This document shows positions 39,700-52,607 of a stretch of DNA of 64,000 bases, piece after piece. Every line of letters begins with the position of its first letter. Position 1 is the stretch's first letter. Source of the DNA: Nageia nagi (Eukaryota; Plantae; Pinophyta); the NCBI GenBank assembly GCA_050084985.1, contig JBITNC010000002.1, forward strand, positions 8,742,001-8,806,000, read 5' to 3'. Position numbers and translations under genes: made by a program. The notes beneath the pieces were generated by a model. It saw only the letters and a program-made list of their open reading frames with translations. It was not told the origin of the DNA and searched no databases.

Positions 39700-40720
39700 A
39701 TAAGCAGTTTAGTCCTAGATTATTTAAGTTGTAAACATACCTAACAAAGGCAAAGTGTGATCTTATTATTACAATTGGATTCAAATAATTTTGATAGGTG
39801 GACTATATTCATATCAATAGCATCATGATGGTAGCATTGATGCGATTATGAGATGATCATCATTACACTTTTCAATTGGCAATGAGTGAGATGACCTTGA
39901 TACTTAAGGATATATATGAAATTTAGTAGGTTTTGATTAAAGGCATAGTTGTAGTACTTTAGAAATATGGGTAGCATTAGACTAGGGATTTGACCAAATT
40001 ATATGGTATTGAGGTGATGCCACAAATCATAGAAAACCTTAATAATGGAGCTATTCAGATATATCCTCAATATCCAGAGTCATTGGAGGCTTGAAGATTG
40101 ATAAAATTTCTAATTATGAATATCATATAATTATTTCTACCAGAATTCCATGGAAGGTCATTTCGCTTGTGGTTTATTTCATGTACTTCTAGATATATTG
40201 GAGCATCATCTAGTCTTCTCATAAGATGTGCACTTGTTGGCTTAGTGCTATTGAGAGATTATAGAGTTTTCTTGGGCATAATAATATGGTTTGAGTGTCA
40301 ATATTATAGTGCAGATCTAGACATACAAGCATATTATGATTGATCATCAATTTATCTTGCTATATTATATTCATAATAGATTCATTCCACAAGTTGCATA
40401 TGTTTTGAGATACAGATAGGATGATGAGAGTTTTAGTTTCATAGGTTCTAATGATGATGAAAGCCATTAACAATGCTCTACAAACTTTTATATCTTTAGA
40501 TATTATAAATAGGCCATATTTGGGAGGTCCTATCAAGGATACTAAGTTGGTAGAGTTACAACATGCTCGCTATGGAGGTTGGATTTTTGCTTATCAATTT
40601 GAATTTTTAGAGTATATTTAGATGGTTTGTATGATGCATAAATTGAGATGAGATAAGATATATCTCCTATCATTTTATACAACTAATTTCAAGTAGATGG
40701 GTAGTTGCAAGGCCATTATG
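39700..40720 (+). pseudogene. Degenerate plant mobile domain (PMD, aminotransferase-like) ORF
   Basis: ~39834-39945 translates ALMRL*DDHHYTFQLAMSEMTLILKDIYEI**VLIKG, matching the PMD consensus ALVERW..ETHTFHLP.GEMTITLEDV..ILGLPI.G. Confidence 0.8.
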
Positions 40721-42482
40721 TAGATCTAGTTCCTATGGACTAATTAGGATTTGTATTTGTAACTAGAGATGATGTAGGTATCATACTTACATATGACACA
40801 TGGTGGGCCCAACAGTTCGATGGTGAGAAGAGGGTACAACGATGGATTTATTGGAAGGACAAAACTTAGGTGATAGGGACTACAAGATCAACTACATAGG
40901 TTGGATGATTCAAGGGATTATGGTAATAATGGAGATGATAGGACTAAAGATCCTAATTTAAGGTGGGGGATGGTAGCTTGCAGTCTAAGGATGATGCACT
41001 AGTGATGCTATGGGTAGAGTGTAATGCTCTACAATAGTTACTTTTGATTAAGGATACATAATTAGCAGCAATGGATGCTAGAGTTTTAGCTATGCAAGTA
41101 CAACTAACAAAGATGGCTCATGTACATAACACTAGGAACAAATATCGATGGGAGTGAAATGAGTCTAGGTAGAAAGGATATTATAGCATTTTGAGGTTTG
41201 TGTGGTAGCATTGAGGTGGTAGATTACAAATTTATCATAGGAGGTTGCATATTATTATCATGCACTTTTGGGAAGAGTGTTAAATTTTTTTTGTATATAC
41301 TAAGTGGTAGTGCAGGGTCTTTAACTGCAACATGATCTTATCTAAGAGGTACGACTGTATCATGAGTAATGATTGGTATCAATGCATATGGAGGAGGGCA
41401 TGATAGAGATCATGGTTACATGAGATCTCAATGGTCATCAACTTTACAGTCTCCTTCCTTGTGATTGATACATTGTATTATAGCCCTTAGTGGTGATGTA
41501 TTCTTTTTGCCCAAAGAGGTATGATGTACATTAGTCCATTTTTATGATATATTATATGATGATGAGAATATGATTTATGCATGTGTTATGCTTATATGTT
41601 TATGATGATGGATGCATGTGATATTTAATTAAACACAAATAATGAACTAGAGAAAGATTAAACACCTAAAAATTAGACTCAAAATAAGGAATCCAATAGT
41701 TAGATATACTTGATGATACATAAAATACATGATATGATAAGAGAAAAAATATGAATGCTCACATAGTGAAAAATAGATACAAAATGAGTTTAAATAAATT
41801 TTGATAACTTTCAAAAGTGCATGAAAGATAAAATTTGATGAAGAATAAAATGATGATATTTGATTCATAAACTGAAAGATACACATGATTGGCAAAATAA
41901 AACTCTGAATGCATAAACTAATGATTTTGAAAATGAAGGTGATTTGACCAATTTTTTAAGCTAAAATAAAAAATAACTTTAATGAAAAAGTAACTTTACT
42001 AAAAGGTGGTCCAAAAAAATTGTATTTCATTTAACATTTTTTGTTGATTGAGATGATGCCAAATTCAAAATCTTTATTTTTTGGTTGATTGTCTATATTA
42101 CCAAGAATAATATTTAATGAATTTCAAAGATGATTTACTATGTTTAAAAACTAGAATTTGTTTGTAACTTTTAGGCTGGGTCAAAAAATTCAGGAAAAGC
42201 ATAAGTTGACTTCAAAAATAATTATTGATTTTGAATTGAAACATGAAAATCGATGATATAACATGACAAGATGAATCTCAATGAAGAACTTATGATTGTT
42301 TTAAATCAACAAAGTAGAAATGTATTCTTAAAGGTGGCTTTGAATGTGATTTTGATAATTTGATATGTAATGAAAGAGGGTTTATAGGTGCAATAGATGA
42401 ATGCAAGAGGAGAACAAAATATTTATAGAATATTTGGGGATTGATTTTTGCCCTACCATGTAAAGAATAAGTTCTATATTTT

Positions 42483-43449
42483 GGGTAAGTGCAAGAAGAT
42501 GAGTCCCACTTTTGGGCAAAAAGTGGAAGTGTTTTCCCTAATTTTTAGGTTTGCTCATACGTGATCTCAAAATTTGAAGCACTTAGAGTTTGATTCTTAA
42601 CAAATGTTAATTAGGTAAAAATATAGTTCTCAAATTCTAGTTTTAAAATATGTAATTTATTCTAATACTTAGATGATAGAAATTAATATTTGGTAGGCAT
42701 GTTTAAAAGCCATTGTTTAAAAAATACAGTTTCATGACCATACCCCCATTGTGTTTAGAAAGCATATTGGACCTTAATTAAAATATATTTTAAAATCCTT
42801 TTGGATAAAGATACCTAATACACTAAATACTGTGGAGGATATTATTTTGTAATTTTTTCATGAATATTTTATTTTTTATTAATTTTTTATTGACTGTGTT
42901 TATTGTTTCACAAATTGCTTATGTTCGATAAACATAACTTGACCTAAACTTATCATTTTTAATTTATTTATTTTTTATCTTATGAAGAATTGTATGTAGA
43001 TTGGGAACATATATTATGTTTTTCACAATTCTAAAAAAATAAAAAGTTGTTAAACAAATACAAAACCCATTATTTAAAAAGTATAATTTCATGACCATAC
43101 CAATTGTATCCGTCAATCATAATTGGACCTAAATTAAAATATTTTTAAATCCTTTCGGTTAAAGATACCTATGACACTAAAGATTATGGAGGATATTTTT
43201 TTAATGAATTTTTTTTTTATTGGCCATGATTATCAATTTGAAAAATGCTCATGTTCGGCAAGCATAATTTGAATAAAACTTATCATTTTTAATTTATTTT
43301 TTATTTAACTTGTGAAGAATTGTATGCAAATTGTGCACATATATGCTTTTTCATAATTCCAAAATAATAAAAAATTATTAAACAAATACAATAACCTATC
43401 AATTCATAAGACTTCCTCCAAAGTGGGACTCATCTTCTTGCACTTACCC
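42483..43449. mobile_element. Non-autonomous TIR DNA transposon, 967 bp
   Basis: Perfect 30-bp TIRs GGGTAAGTGCAAGAAGATGAGTCCCACTTT (42483-42512, inverted at 43420-43449). TTTT on both flanks. Internal ~350-bp direct duplication. No coding sequence. Confidence 0.92.
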
Positions 43450-46055
43450 TTTTCCAATGCAAAAGTTATCATTCAATAGCCTTGATTAGATTTAGAATTA
43501 ATGAAAGCAAAAAAGATAGAATAAGAGAATGATGATAAGAAGAAATGGTGAAGGTTGACTTCCTCCTAATGTATGAAGAACAAGTGTTAGCTTTTATGAT
43601 GAGAATTGTTCAACAACCAAGTACGATTGAGTTCTTTTTAAATATGTAGGATGAGTACTAATGATCAAGTTGAGAGATGACATTCAATAGTCATAGAAAA
43701 CCAACTTCCATGTTAGTTGTACAAAATGTGCATTGGCTCTCAAAATAGAAGGGATCATAAAATAGTCCTAACTCATTTTGTAATGAATAGATGAAATGAT
43801 TCATGAAAGAAGATTAAAGAGAAGAAGTGACATGTATCAAATATCTCAAAGTCAACATTAATCTAATCAATTATTTTCCCACATAATCATAATGGTGTAT
43901 GAAATAAACTAAATTCCATGATGAGATGTGTAATTATCAAAAAATAAGAGAAAATATTATTGATGATGTTGAAACACTTAACATTGATGCACATAAGGAA
44001 AAAAATAAGTATAAGAAGAAAAAATATGATGGATATCAACCTTGAAAAGTACCAAGAAGATATAGAAGAAGCATGTTTATTGAGTGAGAGGATATCTTCA
44101 TGCATTATTTGTGTGACTCATGATTTGTGCTTAACTTTGATTAGGGAAAATAAGTTAGTTTATTATTTTTTATGTGAAACCACATTGTGGTCTCTACTAA
44201 AGTATTTATATCAAAAGATATTATATTCATTGTAGGAAAACTAAGACTAGGAATATGATATGTGTAAGCTAATGAGATAAATGTGTTGAGTGTTACATGA
44301 ATGTGTAGGGTAGACATGGTCATCCTAATACGATGAGCTGAGTGAATAATTTAAAAAAAAAATTAGATAGATAACTATATTGATGGATGAACGAATTGGA
44401 ATGAATATTATCCAATGTCGTTAACTTTTCATAGGATGATAGTATTTATTAAGTTTAACTTTTTCTTACTTTGATATATATGGATTCTTTTTCTTGTTTT
44501 AATGCTTTTTACTTTGTAATATATTTTGTATTGACTTTTACTTGGATAATAATGTATAAAATTTTACTTTTTGACATAAGACATAAGCTTCCTTTTCCAT
44601 TCTACATTCAGGCCTCTTCTTAAGGTCATATTATTAGATAATAGAAGATATTTTCTTTTATTTTTTCCATCTCTTTTTTTACTTGCTATTGAATTTGCTA
44701 GACTCTCATTCATAGGGGGGTGGAATTTGTATAATAAAAATAAAGGATGGCATAATGTTGTCTCAAAAGAACTACATAGGTGTGTCACACAGCTAATCAA
44801 GTAGGACTTCGACATCTTATAGATGCAAACTAAATGATAAAACAATGGATGTGTACACCTAAGTGGGTATATGAGATGGAAGGGACAAGTAATAATATGA
44901 CATATTGGATTAAATTTTTGAATATATGTAAAGATAATCAACACAGTCTAAGATATAGACACAAGCATAATTCCACTTTTTATGTTTTTGGGTTTATTAA
45001 TATTATATAGAAAGTCAAGCACATAATGGTCAAAGGTGAATGATGTTAATTGGATCAAGCAATGGTTCACCTTCTAATGTAGCTAATCGATATTCCCTAG
45101 ATCCATATTTATGAGTGATAATGAATGGAACAAGCTAGTTATGTGCGAAGTTACATTTTAATGCCTCTATTCTTCTTATATTACCTCTTGATTTTATTTG
45201 AGAATAAGATAAATAATTTGGAATTAAGTAGCTTTTATGTGCTTTTTGTAAGACCTTTTGATATACTCTTTATAAATTTTGAGGTATTGTAAGCCATTGA
45301 CATATTTTTCATCCAAGGTTTCTAATTATACCAGTTGAATATGCCATTGATCCTCATCAAAGATAAAAGATTATATAGTAAAACAAAGTTAAGGAATATC
45401 AATCTTGAAAAGTATATTTTTCTTTGTACATAAGTGATAAGGGAGTTTCCCTAGTTGAATTTCTAATACTGATACAATAATCTTATAGTGTTAATGGTAA
45501 TTGAAGATGCCAATCATGACCAATTTTACTTGTAATTTTCTTGAGAATGTTGATGATTATTTTATTAGATGCCTCATCTTGACCATTTTCTCATGGATAT
45601 TAAGGAGTTGATAACCCTTGTATAATACCATACTAATTGAAATAAAGTTGTGTGACATTCTTGTTTTGAAATGGAGTATCATTATCTATGATGATCTTAC
45701 GAGGGATGATAAATTTGTAGATGATATGGTACTAACTAAATTTTATAATTATCTTGCCTCTTGTTAATGAGATAGGAATGGATTTTACCCACTTTATGAA
45801 GTACTCTATTTTAATAATGATGAAATCATATCTGTTATAGGATTTTAGATGAATTTATCGATTGACATTAAGCCCCCACTAAGAAAATGGATATAGCTTA
45901 GGTATTTGTTAGAGTGCCTGAGCAAGTATGTGAATCTTGTTGGAGTGTTTCTAACATTGAAAGTATTTTTTGAAATATTTTCAACAATATTTTTCTATTG
46001 TAGGCCAATAATAACCCACGTGGAGGATTCTCTTTGAGGTTGCTAAGCCACTAAA

Positions 46056-49000
46056 TTATCTGAAATGGATTTCAAAAGGTGAAAAATAAAGGTTTTATAA
46101 TTTATGTTTTGTTCTATTCTATATTAAATATCTCTCTTCCATGATTCCAATAATTCAAATGATAAAGAAAATAGAGCTATGGTTTATAAGTTATGGATTT
46201 ACAAAATTTGGACTTAAAAAAAATGCAAAATATGCATGGAAGGCTCTATTTACAGACTCATCGAGAGCATCTTGGGCTTATTCAAAGCTTCAAATTTGGA
46301 TCATTGGTATCTTATATTATGAAGAACATATTTTTAAAATTTTAATTTATTTGTATGCAAAAAATGAAAGTTATGAAGCTTACAAAATGGTAAATTCTCA
46401 TTCTAAGTTCATGATAGTCAAATTTTGACAACTACTGGGTGGAAATCTACGTTAGAGACCAACTTGATGATGATGTTGGGAGCTACCAATAAGGATTTAA
46501 TGTGTAAAATTTTTACCAATTAAGCTACATATATCCAAAAATACCTGGATTAAATTTCATGACATTTTGAAGTATAGTGATGAAGTTGTGGTCATGACAC
46601 AATGGCACCATAAGTAGTTTTGACAGTTTTGTAAAATCCAAAAAAATAGGAGAATATAAACATATAAGGCCAAAACAATGCTATGAGAATTGTAAAAGAG
46701 GGAGAACATTGTTGGAGAAGAATATGGAGAGGGTGAGAGAGCATATTTCAAATGAAGGAGAGTATTTTTGATAGGTTAGAGTAAATATTGTGAAGAGAAA
46801 AATACCCAAGTTTAGTATTATTATTATAACCATGTATACTCCAAAAATGTAAAACCTTAAAATTATAAAAAGGTATTAGGAATTAGGAACAAAAAATTCC
46901 CCTTTAGTGAGATTCCTCCCAAATGAGAGAATGTGTTGGTGTGTGTGTGGGAGTTACACTATGTACAAAAATGTTTGAAAAACTAGAAAAGACTGTGGAA
47001 AAAATCATAGCCATGGAAAGTGAAGAAAAAAATAAAGGAAAACATAATTTTCATGATAAAACAAGTGGATGACATAATCTTCATGATGGAAAAAAAAGGA
47101 GACAAGAATTAGTTCCAAATATATCAACCCAAGGATAGAGACATGGGACTATGCTCAAGACTTTCATTGAGAAGAGAGTCATCTTCCAAGTAAGGGATTC
47201 GGTAGTAGCCTATAGTGATCATGTGATTTGAATTTTACAATCAAAATAATGAAGACTAAATATCATACAAGTGATATTGTAAGAAGGTACCTATAATAAT
47301 GGATTGCAATTTTCTGGATGTAGACCACATCATTTGAACCAAGGTAATAACTGTGTCAATATTTTTATGTGATTGATTTTTATTTTTTCAAGCATTAAAA
47401 TGAATAAAATGTGAGATCCAAAATAAATCCTGAAGTAGGGTTTGTGGATCAAGTTGGTATCAGAGAAGTTCTTTTATTAGAAATTGATGGAGCTTGTTCG
47501 AAAAGTGGAATGGGTGCTTTTGTAGATTCATGGATTGGAAGCATGAAATGTTGAGATAAAATTTCACTTTTTTCATCAGTATATTTTTATCAGCAATTGA
47601 AAAATCTTTCCATTGCAATATTTATCTCTACATGAATTCTAGTGGGAAGAAGCACACCTCTTCTCAGTAGTTATGATAACTAAGGAAGTTGTGTTGGAAT
47701 AGAGAATCTTTTGCTTATTGATTTACTAAGAATGCAAAGTGATGTACCTGATCTGCCAAGAAAATTTAGATTGTATGATCCAATCTAATAAGTAGATCTA
47801 TATTTGTGTGAGGATTATTTTTCTTTGTTATTTTGATCCCAAGGCTTTTATGGGACCAAAAGTCCCTCAAATGGGATGAGTGATCTAAAATGGATTTCAA
47901 AAGGAGAAAAATAAAAGTTTCAAATTTTGTTTTTTGTTATCTTCCATGATTCTAACTCTTTAAACAATGAATAAAACATAGCTATGGTTTGTAAGTTATG
48001 GCTTTACAGATTTTGGAGTTAAAATTAAAATAAAATGGAAAATATGCATGGAAGGCTCTATTGACAGACTCACCAAGAGTATCTCAGGCTTATTCAAAGC
48101 TTCAAATTTGGATCATTGGTACCTAGTATTATGGTGAACATATGGTTAAAATTTAAAGGAATTTGAGTGAAAAATGTGAAATTTATAATGCTTGCAAAAT
48201 GGTAAAATCTCATTATACATTCATGACTCAAATTTTGACTACTAGGTGCAAGTCTACATTGGAGACCAGCTTAATGACAATGCTGGGAGCTACTAGTAAG
48301 GAGTTAAGGTATGAAATTTGGACTAGTTAAGATAAATATATCCAAAAAACACATGAATTAAATTATATGATATTTTGAAGTATGTTCATGAAGTTATGGT
48401 CGTGACAAAATGGCACCAAAAGCAGTTTTGATAGTTTTGTAAAATCCAAAAAAATAGGAGAATATAACCATTTAAGGTCAAAAAAATGCTACAAAAATTG
48501 TAACAGAGGAAGAATATTGTTGGAGGATAATATAGAGAGGGTGAGAGAGCATATTTCAAATGAAAGAGAATATTGTTGAGAGGTTAGAGTAAATATTGTA
48601 AAGGGAAAAATACCCAAGTTTAGTACTATTGCTATAACCATGTATATTCCAAAAATGTAAACCCTTAAAATTATAAAAGGGTATTAAGAGTGTGGAAAAA
48701 AATTCCCTTTAGTGGGATTCCTCCCAAATGGGATAATGTGTTGGTGTATGTGTGAAAAACTCCAAGTGTATCAGAGTTACACTATGTACAAAAATATTTT
48801 TGAAAAAAACAAGATGACCATGGATGAAATCATAGCCATGGAAAGTGTAAACAAAACTAAGGACAACATCATTGCCATAATAAAACAAATGGAATATATA
48901 ATCACCATGATGCAAAAAAATTGGAGACAAGGAGTAGTTCTAAATATGTGGATCCGAGGATAGAGACATGGGACTATGCTCAAAGACTTTTGTTGAGAAG

Positions 49001-49277
49001 AGACTTGTCTTCCAAGAAAGGGATTTAGTAGTAGCCTATAGTGATCATGTGATTTGACTTCGACAATAAAAATAATAAAGACTAAATATCATGCAGGTGA
49101 TATTATAAGAAGGTTACTACAATAATGGATTACAATTTGCTAGATGTAGACCACATTAATTGAACCAAGGTAAAAATTGTATCAATCTTTTTATGTGATT
49201 GATTTTTATTTTTGCAAGCATTAAAATGAATAAAGTGTGAGATCAAAAATAAATTATGAAGTAGGGTTTATAGATCA
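46056..49277 (+). mobile_element. Complete non-coding LTR element: ~1.4-kb LTRs around a 429-bp internal region
   Basis: LTRs 46056-47451 and 47881-49277 (T(T/G)ATC...GATCA). PBS TGGTATCAGAG 47455-47465. Purine tract GGGATGAG before the 3' LTR. Perfect TSD CTAAA (46051-46055, 49278-49282). Splits the host integrase frame. Confidence 0.94.
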
Positions 49278-52119
49278 CTAAAATATCCCCCATAAGTGCC
49301 ATTATGTGCTTCTTGAATTGTTTCTAGAGTTTTAGGTACATTAAAGCGATGAAGAAGGACTCTATAAAAGCTACATAGGTAAAGGATCCCCAAGTATGAC
49401 AAAGTGTGTTATATTTTATTGGAAGATTCATTTATTATTTCTATTTATTTCATTTGGGATAAGTCCTTCATTGAGATAGTCATTGATATATGTGTACCAT
49501 ATAGGAAAGTATCCATGCTTAACAACATTAATTGATGAAATATTCTAATGCTTGAAGGATGGTTGCTGCAACTTATGAATGACAATATAGATTTCCTCTT
49601 CTTCATATGTTTATAGAGTAAAATATATCAAGTAATCCATTGCATCTACAAATTTATTAGCTGTTATTAGATTGGATTCAATGTGATAGTGTTTGAAATA
49701 CTTTAGAAGTTCATTGACTAAATATTTGTATTTCTTGAGAACCTAATTTTTGCATTATTAGGATCCATTGACTTGATTAAGGATAAGCTAAGAAAAATCA
49801 TAGATAAGTAAGATTTTTATACCCAATGAAATAGCCATTTGCAAGCCTAGCATGAGTGCTTAATATTCTACCATGTTATTAGTGCACTCAAAGTTTAATT
49901 TAAAATACAAAGGGAGATAAAACCCTTGAGGTTTGATAAGGATAATGTTAGATCCATCCCCTTGCTCACATTTGGATCCATCAAAATGAAGGTTCATTTC
50001 AAATTCCTCTTTTTCAGCATTGATATGTTCTTCTTTCTCAAGGATGTTAAGGATAACATCAAATAGAAATTCTAGGAGCAAAGATTGATTGTCTATAACT
50101 AGAGCTTTTACTAATGATTCATAATGACTTGGCCCTTGATGAAATTTTGGTTGATGAATTTTATTTCAAACTCTATAAGTACTATGATACACTTAAAAGT
50201 AAATTAATTAAGATAAGTTTTACTCATCACTTACTTTAAGGAACTAGTACTGTATATGATATAAGTTTTATGATTGATCATGTAGTGCCTTAGATTTTTA
50301 GTCATATAGAATATGTCGAGATAAATTTTTTCATTGTAGAAATATATCATTTCATAGTCTATAAGAGTGCGACTAATGTAGTATACTAATTGTTGTCATC
50401 CTAATTTTTCATTCTTCGAGGTGAGCATAGCTCCTAGGGAAAAGTCTCTAGAATATGTGTAAAGATAAAATGGATCATATTCACAAGGAGAAGCCAATAC
50501 GGGTGGAGTTAGAAGACATTGCTTGAGCAAGACAAATGCTTCTTGATAATCCTTATTCCATTCAAACTTTTCTCACTTTTTGAGTAGCTTGTTAAAGGAA
50601 CAATAACAATATGATAGCTAAGCTATGAGGTAATAGATGGCTTGGATCTTTCCCTGTAATGATCTAAGTTATTTGAGATTGGATGATAGAGGTACATTAA
50701 CAATAGCTTTCACTTTGGTAGGATCTACTTCAATATATTGATGTGAAATAATGAAGCCAATAATTTTCTAAATAAGATCCCAAAGATGCACTTATTAAGA
50801 TTAAGTATGATTTTGAATTCAAGGAGTTTATCAAAGATGTTTGTGAGTACAAATATATGGTCTTTTAGTTGTTTATACTTAGAAAGAAGATCATCTATAT
50901 AGTCTTACACAATGTTGTGCATCATGTAATGGAATATATATGTCATGTATTATTGATAAATGGGACAAAATGGCATGAAATTATAGCAAAAAATCCCCCA
51001 AGGAGTTGTAAATGCAATCTTATGTTGATCTCATTATAACTAGAGAAGCCACCCCTAAGTGAAAACATTTCATGGCCTACTATAAGATCCATAAGTTGAT
51101 CAATGTTAAGGAATGGAAAATAATATTTTGGGTATACCTTATTTATGTCCCAAAAATTGATGTAGAATCTTATTACTCTAGTTGATTTGACCACATGCAC
51201 TATGTTAGAAATCCAATATGAGTAGTAAATGGGTTTTATGAACCATACTTCTAGCATCTTTTGCAACTCTTATTTGAAAAGAAAGGTAGTTATGGAATGC
51301 ATATTTTTGAGCTTTTATTGTATGGTTTGGTGTCTTTCTTGGTGATAATGTTGTGGACCATAATGTTAGGGTATATTCCAGGTATGTATATGTAAGGCCA
51401 TAGAAAAGCTTTAAAATAATTTCTTAAAGTAGGTACAATGAGTTCTTGCTCCTTATTTATCAGAGATTGATTGATTAATACTATAATTAGTTGTTCATAA
51501 GATACAATGTTGTGTATTCTTACAAATATACACTCAAAATTTGAGTAATTCTACTATTCTTCATTATTTCATTTTTTTAATACTTGAAAGCTATGTATAT
51601 AAGAGTACCTAGAGGAAATGCCATTCTTTTAGAGTCTTCATGTCTTGTAAACATCTTATTGTTTAAACCCTTACTCCTTTATCATTTCTTTTCCCTAAAG
51701 TGTTGAGAGTCATTCTTTTTAGTAAATCAAGTCACCCAGAAATTTTATCTTTCTTCAATACCTAAGAAGTATGTAAATAAGGTTTACCCAAAATTTTTAT
51801 CAATAAGACTTGTGTCAAATTTGTATTCTTTTATTCTTTAATAGCTGAGAGTTTAGAATCCCCAAAAATCATGTCATCTTCTCCAAGTACAATCAAGAAG
51901 TCATGTATCAAAGATTCTTGAAGTCATATTTGTTGCCTTAGAGTCTCTAGGAATTGTTGGCATGAAAGTCCAAGATTTGTATATATGCAAAGTTCAAATT
52001 TTGAAAAACACCAATAGTATCCAAGGATTTTGAAGCATGATGTCATAACTTTTGATCAAAATTGATAGGCCCTAGAATAAGTAGTAGCAGGTGTAAATTT
52101 TTGAAGAATATCAATAGAG

Positions 52120-52515
52120 CCTAATGATTTTAGAAGATGATGTCATTTTTTTCTATGGAAATTAGTAGGTCCTAGAGAAATCAAAAATTCTATAGAGCCC
52201 ACCCATCCTGGTAGATGACCTCATGAGTTTTAGCTAAAATTAGCAAGTCCCAAAAGAACCAGATCATTGATAGAACTTAAGGATTTTGAAGGATGACATC
52301 ATAAATTCTAGCTAAAATTAGCAAGTCCTAGAGAAATCAAAAATTCTATAGAGCTCACCCATCCTGGAAGATGACATCATGAGTTTCAGCTAAAATCAAT
52401 GGGTCCCAAAAGAACCAAATCATTTATAAAACTTGAGGATTTTGAAGGATGACATCATAAATTTTGGTTAAAATCAATAGGTCTCAGAAGAACCAGATCA
52501 TCAACAAAGCTCAAA
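52120..52515. repeat. 78-bp tandem array (5 units, alternating A/B, 156-bp higher-order period)
   Basis: GATGA(C/T)..CAT anchor at 52136, 52214, 52292, 52370 and 52448. Confidence 0.9.
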
Positions 52516-52607
52516 AGAAGATAGATCCTACCAAATAAATAAAAGAGTAGTGCATAAGAAAGAACACCTAGATCCACTTCATCTTAAGTGTTTGACCCTC
52601 AAGGCCC

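Larger units (their letters stand above)
37765..52607 (-). mobile_element. Degenerate Ogre/Retand-type Tat Gypsy (RT-RH-aRH-INT) with 3' LTR, antisense PMD and nested insertions
   Basis: Minus strand: RT ORF 50943-51266; RH ~50150-50500; aRH LHFDGSKCEQG..TNNMVEY (ORF 49860-50081); INT GGYFSGLATSKRILHVGYYWPT across 46051/49282, ending ~45410. PPT GAAGGGGAAAA (38566-38576) then LTR starting TGTAGATACC at 38565, down to ~37765. Joining the LTR/PMD part to this pol is inferred from orientation and order. Confidence 0.75.

Noticed and set aside
46141-48983. ORFs inside the 1.4-kb LTRs
   Set aside because: They are not preserved as matching ORFs in the partner LTR and have no domain similarity.
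52120-52515. CRISPR-like array
   Set aside because: Whole units repeat with no unique spacers, in a eukaryotic retroelement context.
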